Shown here one piece after another: positions 1-12,735 of a DNA stretch of 64,000 nt (its first letter is position 1; each line of letters begins with the position of its first letter). The notes under the pieces are model-generated. The model ran no database searches, had not been told where the DNA came from, and saw only the letters and a list, made by a program, of their open reading frames with translations. The stretch spans positions 21,861 through 85,860 of the forward strand of contig WELB01000031.1 in assembly GCA_009602725.1 (NCBI GenBank), written 5' to 3'. The translations under genes were made by a program, and so were the position numbers. The stretch comes from Spirogloea muscicola (lineage: Eukaryota).

Positions 1-450
1 GGGGACCCACTTCCAGGAGCCCAGCATCTCTGATCTGCGGCTGCTTAGCAGGGGTTACTGAGTGTCTCGTAGCAGCTTTGTTTCTGTTACTTAGCGCTTC
101 CCCTGGCCCCCTTCTCGTACTCTGTTCATTCTTTTTCGGGCTGGTTGTTCCAGCCCCTATTCTCAATGGGCGAGCACTTTCTTTTGATAATAATAGTGGC
201 TGTGAGAGGCCAGCCCAACGAAGAAAAGCAAAACAATAGGACACCGTACGACAGGTCGGCATGCAGCTTTCATGGTATCCTAGCTCGGTTTTGCGGTCTT
301 AACAGGTCTCACGATATTATAATAATGAAGAGGCTTCGCACTGGACTGTCATATATCAGCGGTTCTCGGCTTTCGGCTCTTTGGACCTTGTCCACTCCTT
401 TTTGGCTGGTCTTTCCCATCAGCCACCTTCTTATTGGGCAAGCTTTGAGT
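1..450. mobile_element. Cluster of 3' ends of CRE-like RLE non-LTR retrotransposons (1-184 +, ~198-345 -, ~360-450 +)
   Basis: 2-61 reads GTHFQEPSISDLRLLSRGY*, nearly identical to 47252-47311 (-). It is followed by GGGCTGG-ttgtt-CCAGCCC, ATGGGCGAGCAC and a TTTCTTTT tail. An inverted terminus GGCTGTGAGAGGCCAGCCC lies at 198-216. Confidence 0.8.
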
Positions 451-485
451 TACATAGTGACCCTCCAACTCTTCCGGCGTTGCAC

Positions 486-1100
486 AAGAAAGCGCGGCCA
501 GATTGACTGGTGGCTGGGAAAGGCCAGCCCAAAGGAATGGACAAGAAAAAGCAAGGTCTGAAGGAGCCGGAGTGCGAAGGACTAGGACTAAGATATCAGC
601 CAGGCAAGGGACCGCTGCATCGAGATGGCCGAACGCATTCGGAGGACCTGAGCGAGGCACCCGGCGACATTGAAGCCGGGCTGCTCGCCCTGCTGCCCGA
701 GGCGGCGGGCCGCTGCGCCCCTCGCAAGGCGGTGAAGCAAGTCAAGCCATTTTGTGCCAAAAGCTCCATGCACGTCAACTGCCAGCGGAACAAACTCGTC
801 TCCTACCGGGTGGTCCGAGTATTTCCGTTCCTTTGCGCCCGCCGCTTGGCAGACTGCGTAGCCCGCCTCCTCCGACGAGCGTTTGGCGCTGCTGGAAACA
901 AAGCAGTCAGTCGTGACAACGTCGGCGATGAGCCGAGGCTCCCCGCCGAACGCTGGCGACGAGATCGGCGCGCCGGGTGTGGATGCAGCCATCCGCCCCA
1001 GCGGTCGGAGGCATGATGCTGGTATTCTCGAGCGCCACCGTGCAGAGCACTAGGGAGATCACTCAGGTGGTCCAAGCCTGAGTTGGTGGGTCTCCTCCAC
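486..1100 (-). mobile_element. CRE-like non-LTR retrotransposon fragment: restriction-like endonuclease domain plus 3' UTR
   Basis: ORF 588-992 has LIADVVTTD...AAGAKERKY...FVPLAVDVHGAFG...RSAISMQRS, the RLE motif series. Its 3' UTR matches 9468-9590. Confidence 0.85.
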
Positions 1101-2009
1101 CACCACACAAACGACTGGTGCCTGAATTTCCATGTACCTCCCACATTCCTTGGGATTGACTTACCTTGACGACTTACTTTCGTCATTCTATTGCTGGCTC
1201 CGCCCAGTTGCATCCACAAATCTTTGCTCTCCTCCAGCTCTACTGCGTGTGATTGCAGGGCCGAGTGCTTCTTGCTGCCTACTGAGTCTCGAGACAAGAG
1301 GATGCTTTCGCTCCTCTGAGCCCCCTTCCTACTGCTGCTCGCACCTTGGCCCAATTGTGGAGGTTGTTCACACCTTCGGACAGCGTCCAAGCATTTGATG
1401 GACAAGCCGGCTGCAGACCTCTGTCCCTTGGCCAAACCGACCCTGGGCGACTCGGTGAAGCTGTGGCCGGTGCTCCTTGGCCTCCTTGCCTCCTTGCCCG
1501 CTTACTGCAGCATGACAGCAGGCTTCTAGTGGAGTGCAAGCCAGCCTCTCACCCAGCGCGCACTTTAGTAATGTATGGAGAGGGACAGCCCCACTTCGCT
1601 TGTGGAGCTTGGATGACAATCAAGTACACAAGAAGCAAGTGGGCATCACTCAGAAAAGAGCAATCACGGCTTATCCAAGGGGCCACAGGGGTTAATGCTT
1701 TGCCAGGTGTACGGCACGTGTGTCTATCTTAGTCGATGCACCATGGGAGCTAGTGATCTTTGTGAGAGTCATGCGTCGCCGTATTTTTGTGGCCAGCAGC
1801 TGTACACAATGAGCTCCATGGTCGTCGGCTGATGCTTGTCGTCTCAACGTGCCAAGTCCTAGTTTCCTCTGACTTGTTGCTATTTCTGGCGCACTCATGC
1901 CCTTCGCTCCTCTTCCTTCAATGCTTAGTCATGCGCCACAGTATTCTTGAGGGCGTCATACTACACCATGGGCCTTGTTCATGTTGTGCTTCATATGTGC
2001 GACCTGAAG

Positions 2010-5000
2010 CTAAGTGGAAGATGCAACAGAGTATGGATAAGGCTGCCCGTGATGAGCTTGCCATATCCTGTCGGCCATGCTTGCTTCTCCCTTTGCGACA
2101 GCAATCTTTCCGTTGCGCTCAGCTAGTCCTGCTACTTTGGCACACTCGTGCGCAAGAACGACGCTACCTGGAGGGTAGTGCACCTTGAGGATCTGCAAGG
2201 AAGAGTTGCACTGCATAAGGCTACACTCTGAGTGGGAGTGTAGTATGTGATGTTTCTGTGTGCTGAAAGAAGGCTTCACAATCCTGTTCAAATCTCCTCG
2301 GCTGTGAGTGCGTCTTTGACTATCTGCTTTTCATATCTCTTTTATCCTGAACAGAAGCTCACCTAATCGCAACCAGAAGATGACATGGGAAACGCAATGT
2401 GGCCTAGCCTCAAGACCCTTGACAGTCAAACCGCATTCAAGCCCTTCCCCTTTGCAGACAGCATGACCTACACTGCCAGTCAATTATGACAAAACATCTA
2501 AGAGGCCTTACTGCAAGGGAGGCTCTTGCGTGACGCTCAGCCGCTGCAGGCATGCCGAGGAAGCAGAGTGTTGCAGCAAAGACATCTTCTGCCTGGAGAT
2601 CGGAAACTATTGCTCAGGCAGCTCATTTAGTGCATGTCACCCACTGCCTCATTGTTCATTAACACAACAAAAACATGCTGTCATGACTCGCTGACGATGT
2701 AAGAGAGACAACAATTCTGTAGTGGCTGCTAGCATCGAGTAATATATACAATCCACCAGGAAAGGACAGCACACCTCAGCCAAGCGCCTGTTGAAAGGAT
2801 GCAACAGTCTCCGCATTGCTGTGAGGGCGTTTTCTCCCTGTCTCAAGAAGGCATTGCCAGCCTGCTTGCCGTTGTGCTCTGCTTCCAGCCTCAGACTGTC
2901 ATGTGGAGCACGCCAACAAATGGTTGCCCAGTACAGAGGCCAAGCAACATAGCTGATGTGACGTGATTTTTTACGCTAAGCAATGCTACATCGTACAGGG
3001 CACACTCAACCATGTCAATTTACATTTTCAAGCTGGCACCTCTGTGATGGATGTTGAAGTCCGTTTTTCTTACAATAGGAAAACAAGTCGAGCAGATGCT
3101 TTTGCTGACCTCTGCAGCTCTTCAAAAGCTTCCCCAGCAGCCCTGGAGCAAGCTGATATATCCTGTGTCTCTCCGCACTGAGTACACCTGCCAATGTCTG
3201 TGCTTGCAGCACCAATATTGTTATCTTGACATCCTGCTGCTGAAGCTGTTCCACCACCTTTTCTCTCAGTATCCCTTGCGTCATCTTCCGCCTTCTTCTC
3301 CATCAACAATGTGGACTCTGGTCTTGTCTCTGATGGGCAGTCGCACTGCCCAACATCTCCTGACAACTGGCTCGTGACGATGCCGTTGCAGGCCGGCGTG
3401 CAGCACCGGAAGCCGCTCAGTGCAAGGTCCATCCCGCTGGTGCTATCGTCCGAGCAGGCACTGCAGTGGCAGCAGAAGAAGTACCGCTCCTTCAGCCAGG
3501 CCCTCCTCTGCTGCCTCGTCATCTCCCCCTTCTGCACTTGGGAGACATGACCTCCCTGATCAGCGTGCACGGTGTTGCTTCCAGAAAAGTGTTCAGTATA
3601 AGATAAGAGAATGTCACGCTTGTGGCCAAAGCTTTCTCATGAGCTTATTAATGACCTTTCTAATGAGCTCTATGGTTTCTTGCCTTCCAAGATAGGTTCC
3701 AAATTGTACTTTCATAGAGAAGTTCTGATCTTCAGTAGTAAGAGACACTCAATGAGGATTCCACATGGTAATGCACAAATTGACTGCTCGGTGATATTTA
3801 TCCTAGTCCCAAGATAGCTCGTGTGACAGAGTGGTTGGGCAAGAAAATCACAGCAGAGCAGACGTGGACATCACTAGACATCACATCCTGACCTGTGGCC
3901 CATAGCAGAGCTCCAGGCGGCTGCCTGAGCCCACAAACTCGACTGCTCGCACCGTCAACCGTAAGCCAGTGAAGGAGACTGCAACATTTGGCGCGCATGA
4001 GTGGTTGAGCAGCGATGCTGTCGGGTACAGAGCCTGGGCAATGTTGACCTGGAAACAGGAGTTGTCGTGGTCAAGTTCAAGGCCAAATCCCGAGGTTAAG
4101 GATGTGCCTATGCTTACTTATGATTACACACATAATTCCTTACACTGTGCTTAAGAGGGCAAAGAAAGCTCGTGTGATCGTAGCCCTAGTGACGGGACCT
4201 CTTTAAGCCAAGTCCCACCTGAGGACAGCCTCTGAGACGTAGCTCAGGTAAGTCTGAGGGAATGGGCTTGCAAGCATAGCCTTCCTGAGCATGCCCAGCC
4301 CCCCTGACAACACTGCAGGAGCTGCAAGATAGCTAAGCTTCTTGTGGCAGTCCTTGAGCTGGTCTGCAGAAATAAGGTGCAAGCTGATGCCCACCTCGCT
4401 GACCTTCTCCACGTGCCGGTCCGCTAGCCGTTCTCCAGTACCACCGTTGTCAGGCGGTGCCATAGTTTGCTTCACAGCCATGGCATTGTCCCGCAGGACG
4501 GCGAGGAGCACAGCCAGCTTCGCAGCCCGAGTGCTTGTGGCATCTCCGCGGAGCTCTGAGGTGCGGTTGCTTGCCGCAAGGCAGTGCGACAACACAGTCC
4601 CAAGGATGAACATGCGGACCTTCTCAGCAGCCGGGAGCGCCACTAAGTGGTGGCGCAGCCCCTGGACCTGCTCCGCTGGTGTGCAGCGCAATGCTGATTA
4701 GCCATAGGAACAACTCATTATCCTACAATTACCATGTTGTCACAGTAACTGTCCAACCAGTCTGAGACATGCATTATGGGTGAGTGAAATGTAATGTTTG
4801 CATCGCTGTTAAGTCCGCTGCTTACCAAGTGAGCCCTGCAAACCCTGCTCATCAGCCGTCAATCTTCCCACGATGGGCTCTCCAGCCACTGCATCCGATA
4901 GCTGGCCCCGCCAAAAGAGGCGCGCAGCAAGGACCGCTTCAATAGGTACCACCGCTGCCCAGCTGGCGCCGCTGCACTCTGGTGCATGCCATCCGGGAGC

Positions 5001-7065
5001 GCAGGCCAAGCTCCGGCTAGCGGCGTCCTGCAAGAGTCCGTCCTCTGGCACCGTGGCCGACTGCGGATGGAGGCCGCCGGCAAGGAGCTCGCAAGCGTCG
5101 GAGCAGAAGAGCGGCAGCGCGCAGCCTGCGCAGGGGATGCCAGCAGCAGGCGGCAGGCTGGTGGCGCACGCGTAGCACCGACGGAACCGCTCCGACTTCT
5201 GCAGCACCTGCAGCCTGGGACACAGCTGAGGAGCTTAGGATTCAGGACTATGGGGTTTTGGGCTTCAGAGGGCCATACATGCAGGCACTAGATATGGAAA
5301 TATATATGATTATATATGCGGTTAAATATGCTCTTGTGTAACTGCTTAGGGGCAGTTGTCACCGCTGCATAGGCATCCTCCTCAAGGAGCACGTCGCCGG
5401 GCTGGAGGTCGCGCTCTGCGATCAGGTCGCGCCCCCTCGCCTCACTCCATGCCACCTTCCACGCCGGCAGAGGTGGCGGTGGTGGCAGTGACGTCGGGCT
5501 CGCAGCCGCTGCAGCCTCTGCAACGTTGCCAGCAGTGCCAGCAGACGTGATTGCTGGATCCTCTGACTTCCAAAGGCCCATTGCTGCAATCTGCCTGGCC
5601 ACGGCCGCCGCGGCAGCATGCCGTCCGGCCTCCGCCTCCAGGCGCTGCGCAGCCTCCAGGTCAACAATGGCAGCCGTGTGACGCCCAAGTACGGCCTTGG
5701 CGCAGCCCCGTCGGAACCAGGCCTGCGCTCCAGCCGCTAGCCGAGGAGACGGCGGCAGTCAGTGCAAAGGACTGCTGCACTTCGACAGGCGCTCCACCTT
5801 GGCAAACGCGGCAGCAGGTGAACCACAAACATTGGAGTTGCTGCCATCCAGGGCAAGTGCACGGTTACAGTCGCGCTCCGCATCTTCATGCTGCTCCAGC
5901 TTCTGACAGGAAAAATATGCAGTCAAGGATTCTAGCTGCAATCAATACTGGCTTAAACTTCATGATGGACATAGACCATGAAAAAAATTCACTAGCGCCA
6001 CGTCATGCACTACAGCATCCGACTCCTGGGCTCCAATTGATGTCAAAATTGATGGCAAATAGATTTATACCAGACCCCCTGTTTCATAATCGTCACTCGA
6101 AATTGAGTATACTGTCCAGGGCATGTAGTACAAGAGCATCGGCATGAAGCTGCACAACTTGCTGCTATGCTACTGCAGGCAGCAACAGTGCAGCCTCTTT
6201 GCAGTGCAGCCCCAAGCCCGGTGCAACCTGCCACTTTACCTGGAAGCAAGCGGCGCGGTTGGCGTACAACGAGGCGGCGTCATGACGGCCGCTGCTGGCC
6301 TTGACTGGCTCGCGCCGCAGGGCCTGCTCAAGCGCAGCGGTGGTCATGAGTGGCTGTGGCTACGCAGCTGGTTGTGGCCACGCATCAGACCGTGGGCAGT
6401 CAAGATGGAACGGCTAAGGAAATCGCAGTCAGGGGCCGCGTGAAGTTGAGCTAAGCTAATGGGCAGGCAGGCCGCAATTGAAGTCTGTTAACATTTGGAG
6501 TGGATTATCGACAGCGCTCTCCCTCTGCCACTTGACTGACCTCGGAGTAGGCGGCGGCGGCTTCGCGGAAGCGGCCGGCGGTGAAGAGCGCATTTCCCTT
6601 GACACGAAGGTGTGCGGCTTCGCAGCCGTCTTTGGCTGCAGGGCCGCCGCAGTCTTCCAGGAGCTGGCTCAGGAGCTGCACCGTGAAGAATGCAGCTGCT
6701 AATATTTAGTAGCAGCAGCTGTGAAGGGCCAGCTAGGTGCATACAGATGGTGTTAATGACTATGTAGTATGTAAGTACGTCTGTACATTGTCATTTACTG
6801 TGTAGCTTCATATGACTGACCTCATATTTAAGCTTAATTATGATATCAACTTGCAATGAACGGAAGAAGGGACTTAGATCCGCAACCTCAGCCTTGGCAA
6901 GGCCAACAGCGGCGGCAGCACAAGTACCTCTCGGAAGCGCGGCGTTGCCGTTAGCGCCGCCTCAACGGCGCGTGCGGCGCCCACGACAGTGGCGGCGGGC
7001 GAGGTCCCCGCAGCTGCTGCCGCCGCCCGCGCCGCCTCCGGCAGCAGCGCCACCAGCTCCTCCAT
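2010..7065 (-). CDS. TPR + SET + MYND domain protein (SMYD4-like lysine methyltransferase), multi-exon
   Basis: ATG at 7065 (MEELVALLP). TPR exons RVKGNALF...AAAAYSE, ASLYANRAACF and AWFRRG. SET-N RGRDLIAERDLQPGDVLLEE; MYND CYAC...CAGC...CSDAC...HAPEC; SET motif ALYPTASLLNHSCAPN near 4000 and ELCYG; post-SET YFFCCHCSAC. Last exon stops at 2010. Confidence 0.88.
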
Positions 7066-7456
7066 CGCCACCGGCCCGCAGATGCCGCCGCCGCCACTGC
7101 CGGTAGAATTATTGCCTCAACCCTAAACCATAATTCCTTCCTGAACCCTCTCCGCGACCGGAAGCTGCCGGAGGTGCAACGAGTCCTCCTATGCCAGCTT
7201 CTGTCGAGCCCACGTCCTCAGCTGCCAAGGCAGCATCGCGGCCGCCAGCGCTGGGCCCTGGGCTGAGGGCCTCGAGTAGTCAACTCTGGTGTCAAGCTTC
7301 TGAAACCTCCGCCTCCTGACCTCTGGCAGCTCTACCATATGGTGTCAGCTAACCCCCCTCCCCACCTCCCTCCCCCCCCCCNNNNNNNNNNNNNNNNNNN
7401 NNNNNNNNNNNNNNNNNNNNNNNNNNNNNNNNNNNNNNNNNNNNNNNNNNNNNNNN

Positions 7457-8695
7457 GCCCGAGCAACAGCCGGGGGAAGAGGATGAACAGCTTCCACGCC
7501 GCCTCGTCTCTGTGGTCCACGACGATCCGCTGTGTCACCGGGCGGAGCGCGCGGCGGAGGTGTGGGCGTGCCCAGCGTGGAACATGGCGTAGGAGCGGCA
7601 GGGCCGCCTGGCGGTGAACTGCGGCCAGGTCAAGGTCGGCCAGCCACTGCCAGTGGTGAGGCGTGGGCGGGGACGGCGCGGGAGGCCTGCCTGGTCTGCC
7701 CCGACGACCACCCGCCGCCGCTGCGCTCCGCGCCTGCTCCGCACGGTTGATGTTGCCCGCGCAAGTTCGCTGGTGGTTGGACCGGCCGGACCGCGTGGTG
7801 AAGGTCCTCTGGCAAAGCTGGCACCGAGGCGGGTCGGGCGAGGGAGGAGAGGGCGACGGCGGTGGAGCCGGCTCGCTCGGCGGGGGTGGAGGCGGCGGAG
7901 ATGGGGGGGGCGTCGATGGCGCCGACTGTGGAAGGCTGGGCGGCTCGAGAGGCGGGATGGCGGATGATCGGGAAGGCGGCGTCGGAGGAGGTGGGGGCGG
8001 TGGGGACGTCGGCGGCTGTGGTGACGACGGCTCGGCGGGCGGTAGCGGCTGCCGCACCACTGTCGCCGGAGAAGCACACTCAGGGGCGTCAGGGCCGAGC
8101 ACATGGGACATGGTACCCTGAGGATGGAGGAGCGTGGTCACCTCGTGGGTCCCCTCGCTTCTCAGGGGTGGAGGCGATAACGTTGGTGCCCGACACTTCT
8201 CTCGGGCGGGAGGCGATAGAGTAGTGGCCTCCGTGGAATGCTCCGTGGAATGCTCCGTGGAATGCTCCGCCCGAGTGGATGCCAGGGCCTGGACGATGGG
8301 GCTGCAAGCCGCGACGGCCGCTGCGGGCGGCGGGCCGGTGGGGCTGGCATGCCCCTTGCAGTGTCGCCGATGCACAGAGACACCATGGGGAGTTGCGAAA
8401 TCCCGCGGGCAGGTGGGGCACGGCGCGCGCGGGGGCTTCGCAGGCGAGGGTGGCGACGGCGGAAGAAGGGGGGGCTGCGGCGGAGGTGGCGTGGTGGCGG
8501 CATGGAAGGCGGCGAGGGTGAGAAACCGCTGCGCCCACGCGAACTTGGCCGGGGGAAGTTCGGGACTCCGGCTCCGAGGGCGGCGCCGAGAGCTGCACGC
8601 CGCCGCGGACCCCATGGCAGGCGCCGCCGGCGACGGCGCCGGCGGCGGCCCGGGGTTTAAGAGGGGTGGCGGCGGCGGCGGCGGCGCCCGCGACC
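7457..8695 (-). mobile_element. 5' part of a CRE-like retrotransposon ORF with two C2HC zinc fingers, cut by the N gap
   Basis: Open from ATG 8615 to the gap at 7456. It contains CPTCPRDFATPHGVSVHRRHC, CQLCQRTFTTRSGRSNHQRTC, a Pro-rich linker and the pre-RT motif LRHVPRWAR...AWKLFILFPRLLL. Confidence 0.78.
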
Positions 8696-8699
8696 AGAT

Positions 8700-10760
8700 G
8701 GAAAGAAAGCGCGGCCAGATTCAAAGAGCGCTTGCAGCGAGACCGCCAGCCTCATTTGAAAGACCTGCGAGAGGGACCTTTGGGTCTGGTGTCCTGCTAC
8801 CGTATGCGACTGTCTATGTCCCTGCAGCGCTCCCAAGCGCTTGCTTTGCACCGCCGCGCTGGTCGCGCCCTTGCAGCAGCCTCTGGCTTGCGCAGCGGGG
8901 TTGCTCTTCCTCCCCTCAGCTCATCTGACTTCCTACTGCTGACACGGGGGTATTGAGGGCGCCCTGTCTGCCTAGCCTTTGGCTCCGTCATGAACACCTG
9001 TATGCATCTGGCTGGCATTTCACAGCCGATTCTTTCATATCAGCAGCCGCTTTCTTCTTTTTTTGAGAGGGAGCCGGCAGCATTGAAGCCTGGCGAACCC
9101 TGCCGCCGCTCGATGGCCTCCCGGGCAAGCCGCTGGAGGAGATCCAACCAGCCACTGCCAAAGGCCCCGTGTACGTCAATGGCCAGTGCCGCGAAGGCAT
9201 CGCCTGGAGGGTGGTCAGAGTACTTGCGCTCCTTACTCCGAGCCGCCAGAGCGACCGCGTGCCCGACGAGCGTCGCGGACCTCGCGGGGTTGGCCGAATC
9301 AACGCAATCGGCAGTTACCACATCTGGGGAAGGCTGGGGAAGGCCAGCCCCAAGGAATGGACAAGGGCTGAAGGAGCCGGAGTGCGAAGGACTAGGACTA
9401 AGACATCAGCCAGGGAACGCTCAGTAACCTCTTAGTCTGGAGATGCAAGTCTGAGCACCTAGCCGGCGGTTACTGAGCGTTCCCTGGCTGATGTCCTAGT
9501 CCTAGTCCTTCGCACTCCGGCTCCTTCAGCCCTTGTCCATTCTTTTGGGCTGGCCTTTCCCAGCCACCAGTCAATCTGGCCGCGCTTTCTCTCGCGGAAA
9601 GAGGTCGCCCTTCTCGTCTGATTGATGCTGATCACATGCACGAGAGACGCTTCCAGTTGAGAGCGATGGCTGTCATTGGCCAGTAAGAATACACGGAAAT
9701 CTGAAGGGGCAAGAAAACGCTAAAGTCTGCATTGTGTAAGGTCGCCCGCACTTCGACTTGGCCTTGCTGCTGCTGCTGCTGCTAACATTAGGGTTTAATG
9801 AGAGAGAGTTGAGGGCGAGTTGAGGGCGATGGCTGTGGTTGGCCCAGAGAAAAGAATCAACAGAGTTCCAAGGGGCCAGATAAGCGCTAGAGCTCACAAG
9901 GACTGAATCAGCCACTGTGTGCTCAAGACTCCCTGTTGAGCCAGCCGCAGGTCAGATAACATAGTTCCTGGGCATGCACGCTTAGCCTACTTGACACTAC
10001 TAGATATCCTCCTGAGTACTATTGCAAATCTAGGATATGCACAACGTGAGGGTATGCTTCCAGCCAAAATGGGCATGCGGCAGCATGTTTCTGGGTTTCT
10101 GCGTTGTCGTGTGTCAGCCTGTTTGCAGCGAGCTCATGGTTTGCATCGGAATCCTGGGCCAAGCTTTAGCTGGTCGCGGAAGGGCTTGTCATTCGTCATT
10201 CCGTATTCGTGCATCACTTAGCGACCTCTACGTGCTGACGCGTGATCACATAGCGGGTCAGCTTAGCAGCAAGCAATGTACATTTGTCGATGTGCTTGCC
10301 TCTGTACTCGGCCACTTAGGCCCTTCCTCAACCCCATCACCCCTGATGGTCTGTACCAAGGGTGCCTCGACGGTGTGGCCTCGGACCTCTTCTGGACCTT
10401 GTATTGGACCTTTCTCTTCTGGGCGCGCTCTATGGCAGGCCTCCGGCTTTCGTGGCGGCGCTCCAGCTCCCCAAGTTAGCTTGTCAGATTTGTTTGTGCT
10501 CACCCGTGGGTACTAATGTCATCTTAGGTACCTTAGATTAGGTCTCCGTATTATGTAGCCTTGTTTAGTCTGCACTCGACTCTGCCTGAACAATGTATTG
10601 GCTTGAATTGGCCTCCCTTTCAATTCATGCGCCCCGCGCGCCTTCTCTCTCTTCTGGACCTCGTTCATTCTTTGTGGGCTTGCTTTACACAGCCTCGCCC
10701 AGTTCGGAGGATCTGCTTCTTCACAGCCTCTCACAGCCTCTCACAGCCATGGCCTTACTT
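8700..10760. mobile_element. Nest of CRE-like RLE/3' end fragments from several families in both orientations
   Basis: 8725-8956 + RMRLSMSLQRSQALAL...LLTRGY*; 9060-9325 - DVVTAD...KERKYSDHPPGDAFAALAIDVHGAFG; 3' UTR copies at 9332-9429 - and 9468-9590 +; 9955-10320 + and ~10400-10760 + end in LTRDH and LTRGY*. Confidence 0.85.
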
Positions 10761-10974
10761 TGGAAGAAACAAAAAGTCAGCTCTTCCTTTGGAAAAGCTT
10801 TTAGTTCTGGAAGGGCTGTTTTAAGTCCCTTTGCACCCGTTGGTGGTCTCGTACTTTTTCACTGAAACTTGTGATTGGCTCTTCACAGCCCTCGCTCCCT
10901 CTTGGAGAGGCTTTCTTCATTCTTTGGTAGAGCTGGAGGAGCTGAAAGAGCTGGTAAGAGCCGTCATGCTATGT

Positions 10975-11096
10975 AGCGTCCGCTGCCCCCACGTTGGTAG
11001 GCCAAACCAGTATGGAGCGTCCGCTGCCAAACCACGTCGGTAGGCCAAACCAGTATGGAGCGTCCGCTGCCAAACCACGTCGGTAGGCCAAATCAG
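10975..11096. repeat. 43-bp tandem repeat, about 2.9 copies
   Basis: Units AGCGTCCGCTGCCAAACCACGTCGGTAGGCCAAACCAGTATGG start at 10975 (2 nt shorter), 11016 and 11059. Confidence 0.92.
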
Positions 11097-11559
11097 AACA
11101 GAAATAGGTAACATAATTTAGCCCACGTGGCCGATTAAACGGGATATACAGAAGTGAAGCAAGAAGCAAGAAAATGGAAAGCATGACACCAAAGCGACTC
11201 AAATACTGAGATTGTGCATAATGACCACTATGATTTGCGGCTGATTACTTTACAACTCCCCCCCCCAACTCAAGTTTTGGCACAGAATGAGAGTCTAAAT
11301 GAGAGTCTAGGCAGGTCAACAGAGAAACAATTATCTTCTGGGACTATAAGACGGGGTGGGGTTAAGCAATGTATGTGCCACCCTTGTTGCAGTCGGTAAA
11401 CAAACATGACAGATACCTTGTCTGTACTTTGGCATGTCTCACAAGGTAATTGGTCAGAAACTCATTGTCGATTGTGATCAGTGGTCGGGTCAATACTACT
11501 CAAGCGACATAGGATAACGTCCTGTGTATGATCGTTCAAGTCCGGACCTCATTTCAACT

Positions 11560-12330
11560 CTGTACAGGCACGCAGTGGGCGGAGCAGAGCAAAGAAAACT
11601 GCGGCATTACTCCGATTACCCCCAATGCGATCAACTCCTGCCAGCTGTAATCGAAATCTTTGGCTGTCTGGGTCCTCGCTTCCACACTCTGCTTCAAAAC
11701 ATTGCCAATCTAGGCTACACTCGACGTGCAGATGTGTTTCCGGCTGAGATGGGCTTGCCAGCTGCATATCTGTCGCTCTTGCGACGACGAGTTTCGGCCT
11801 GTTCGCAGCGTGCTCAGGCTAGTGCCTTGCACCAGAAAGCTGGGCGAGCTCTAGTAGGTGGCAGAAGGGCTCCGTTCCTGGCATCTAGTATTCATGCATC
11901 GAGTAGTGACCTTAATGTTTTGACCCGTGGTTATTGAGCGGGTCAATCTGCTGTAGGTTATGTAGATTTTTTATTTGTGCTTGCCTTTGTACCTGGCCAT
12001 TTGGCCTACATTTCTTTCTAATACACGATCTCTTCTTCGAAGCTTGTCCATTCGTTTCGGGCTAGCCTTCAAGCTCCCTTTCTCACAGCCAATGCCCGCT
12101 TGACCAGGCAAGCGACAAACTTGTAGTGCTGACAATCCACGTCCATGGGGCATTTAGAACTCGATGACTTGACCTTACCCAGCCGCTCGCACTGCGAGCA
12201 GTGACCTGGCGTGAAGGGCAGCAGGGTGAGCAGCCGGCTTCAATGCCGCTGGGTCGCTGGCTCAGGTTGCTGGCCCTCGCCCCTGTCGATGAGCCACTAT
12301 TCAGGCGTTCGCTTGCAATCTGCAAGCATT
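11560..12330 (+). mobile_element. CRE-like RLE C-terminal fragment with 3' UTR, followed by a decayed second RLE fragment
   Basis: ORF 11524-11937 has AEQRKLRHY...LLPAVIEIFGCLG...LRRRVSACSQRAQA...VLTRGY*. 12140-12270 resembles the GQQGEQPGFN region of ORF 588-992. Confidence 0.85.
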
Positions 12331-12735
12331 TTGCTTCTTTATTCCGCCTTCGTTGTGGTAGTAATAAGACAAAGAACGGTGAAAGCTCTCATTCTAATCA
12401 TAAGTATTTCCAATGCAAGACGTAAAAGTATTTCAAATGCAATTTCAGATCGAAATGTAAAAGAATTATTGAAGTGGGCAAAGTCAATCTTGCATCTTTA
12501 CAGAACTGCTGAGTCTAAAAGGTTTGCAGTAATTTAGCCAGCAATTTCCAGGAACGGCCTTCATTTCTTAACACTTTTTGTAGAAACACCACACTATTCC
12601 TTTGAGGTTGCTTTTAATGCGACTGATAACTTTCTCGTAGTGCTGAGGTCAAACGAACTCCTACATTAGTGCAAGCCAAGCATATGCAATGTAACAGTAC
12701 ATGTCATTTTGGCTCAAGGCCAGGTATCATCCCAG

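Noticed and set aside
138..184. HDV-like ribozyme reading of the AATGGGCGAGC motif
   Set aside because: Only superficial similarity to J4/2. I could not build the nested double pseudoknot, and such ribozymes lie at 5' ends of elements.
1150..1950. Possible transposase remnant (GAHCVQLL on the minus strand)
   Set aside because: One short motif amid stops; not supportable.
7119..7130. Telomere-like AACCCTAAAC near a CRE element (also TTAGGGTTT at ~9788)
   Set aside because: Single units only; no evidence for telomere-repeat targeting.
10975..11096. CRISPR-like periodic repeat
   Set aside because: Units are contiguous with no unique spacers, the context is eukaryotic, and there are no cas genes. 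It is a minisatellite.
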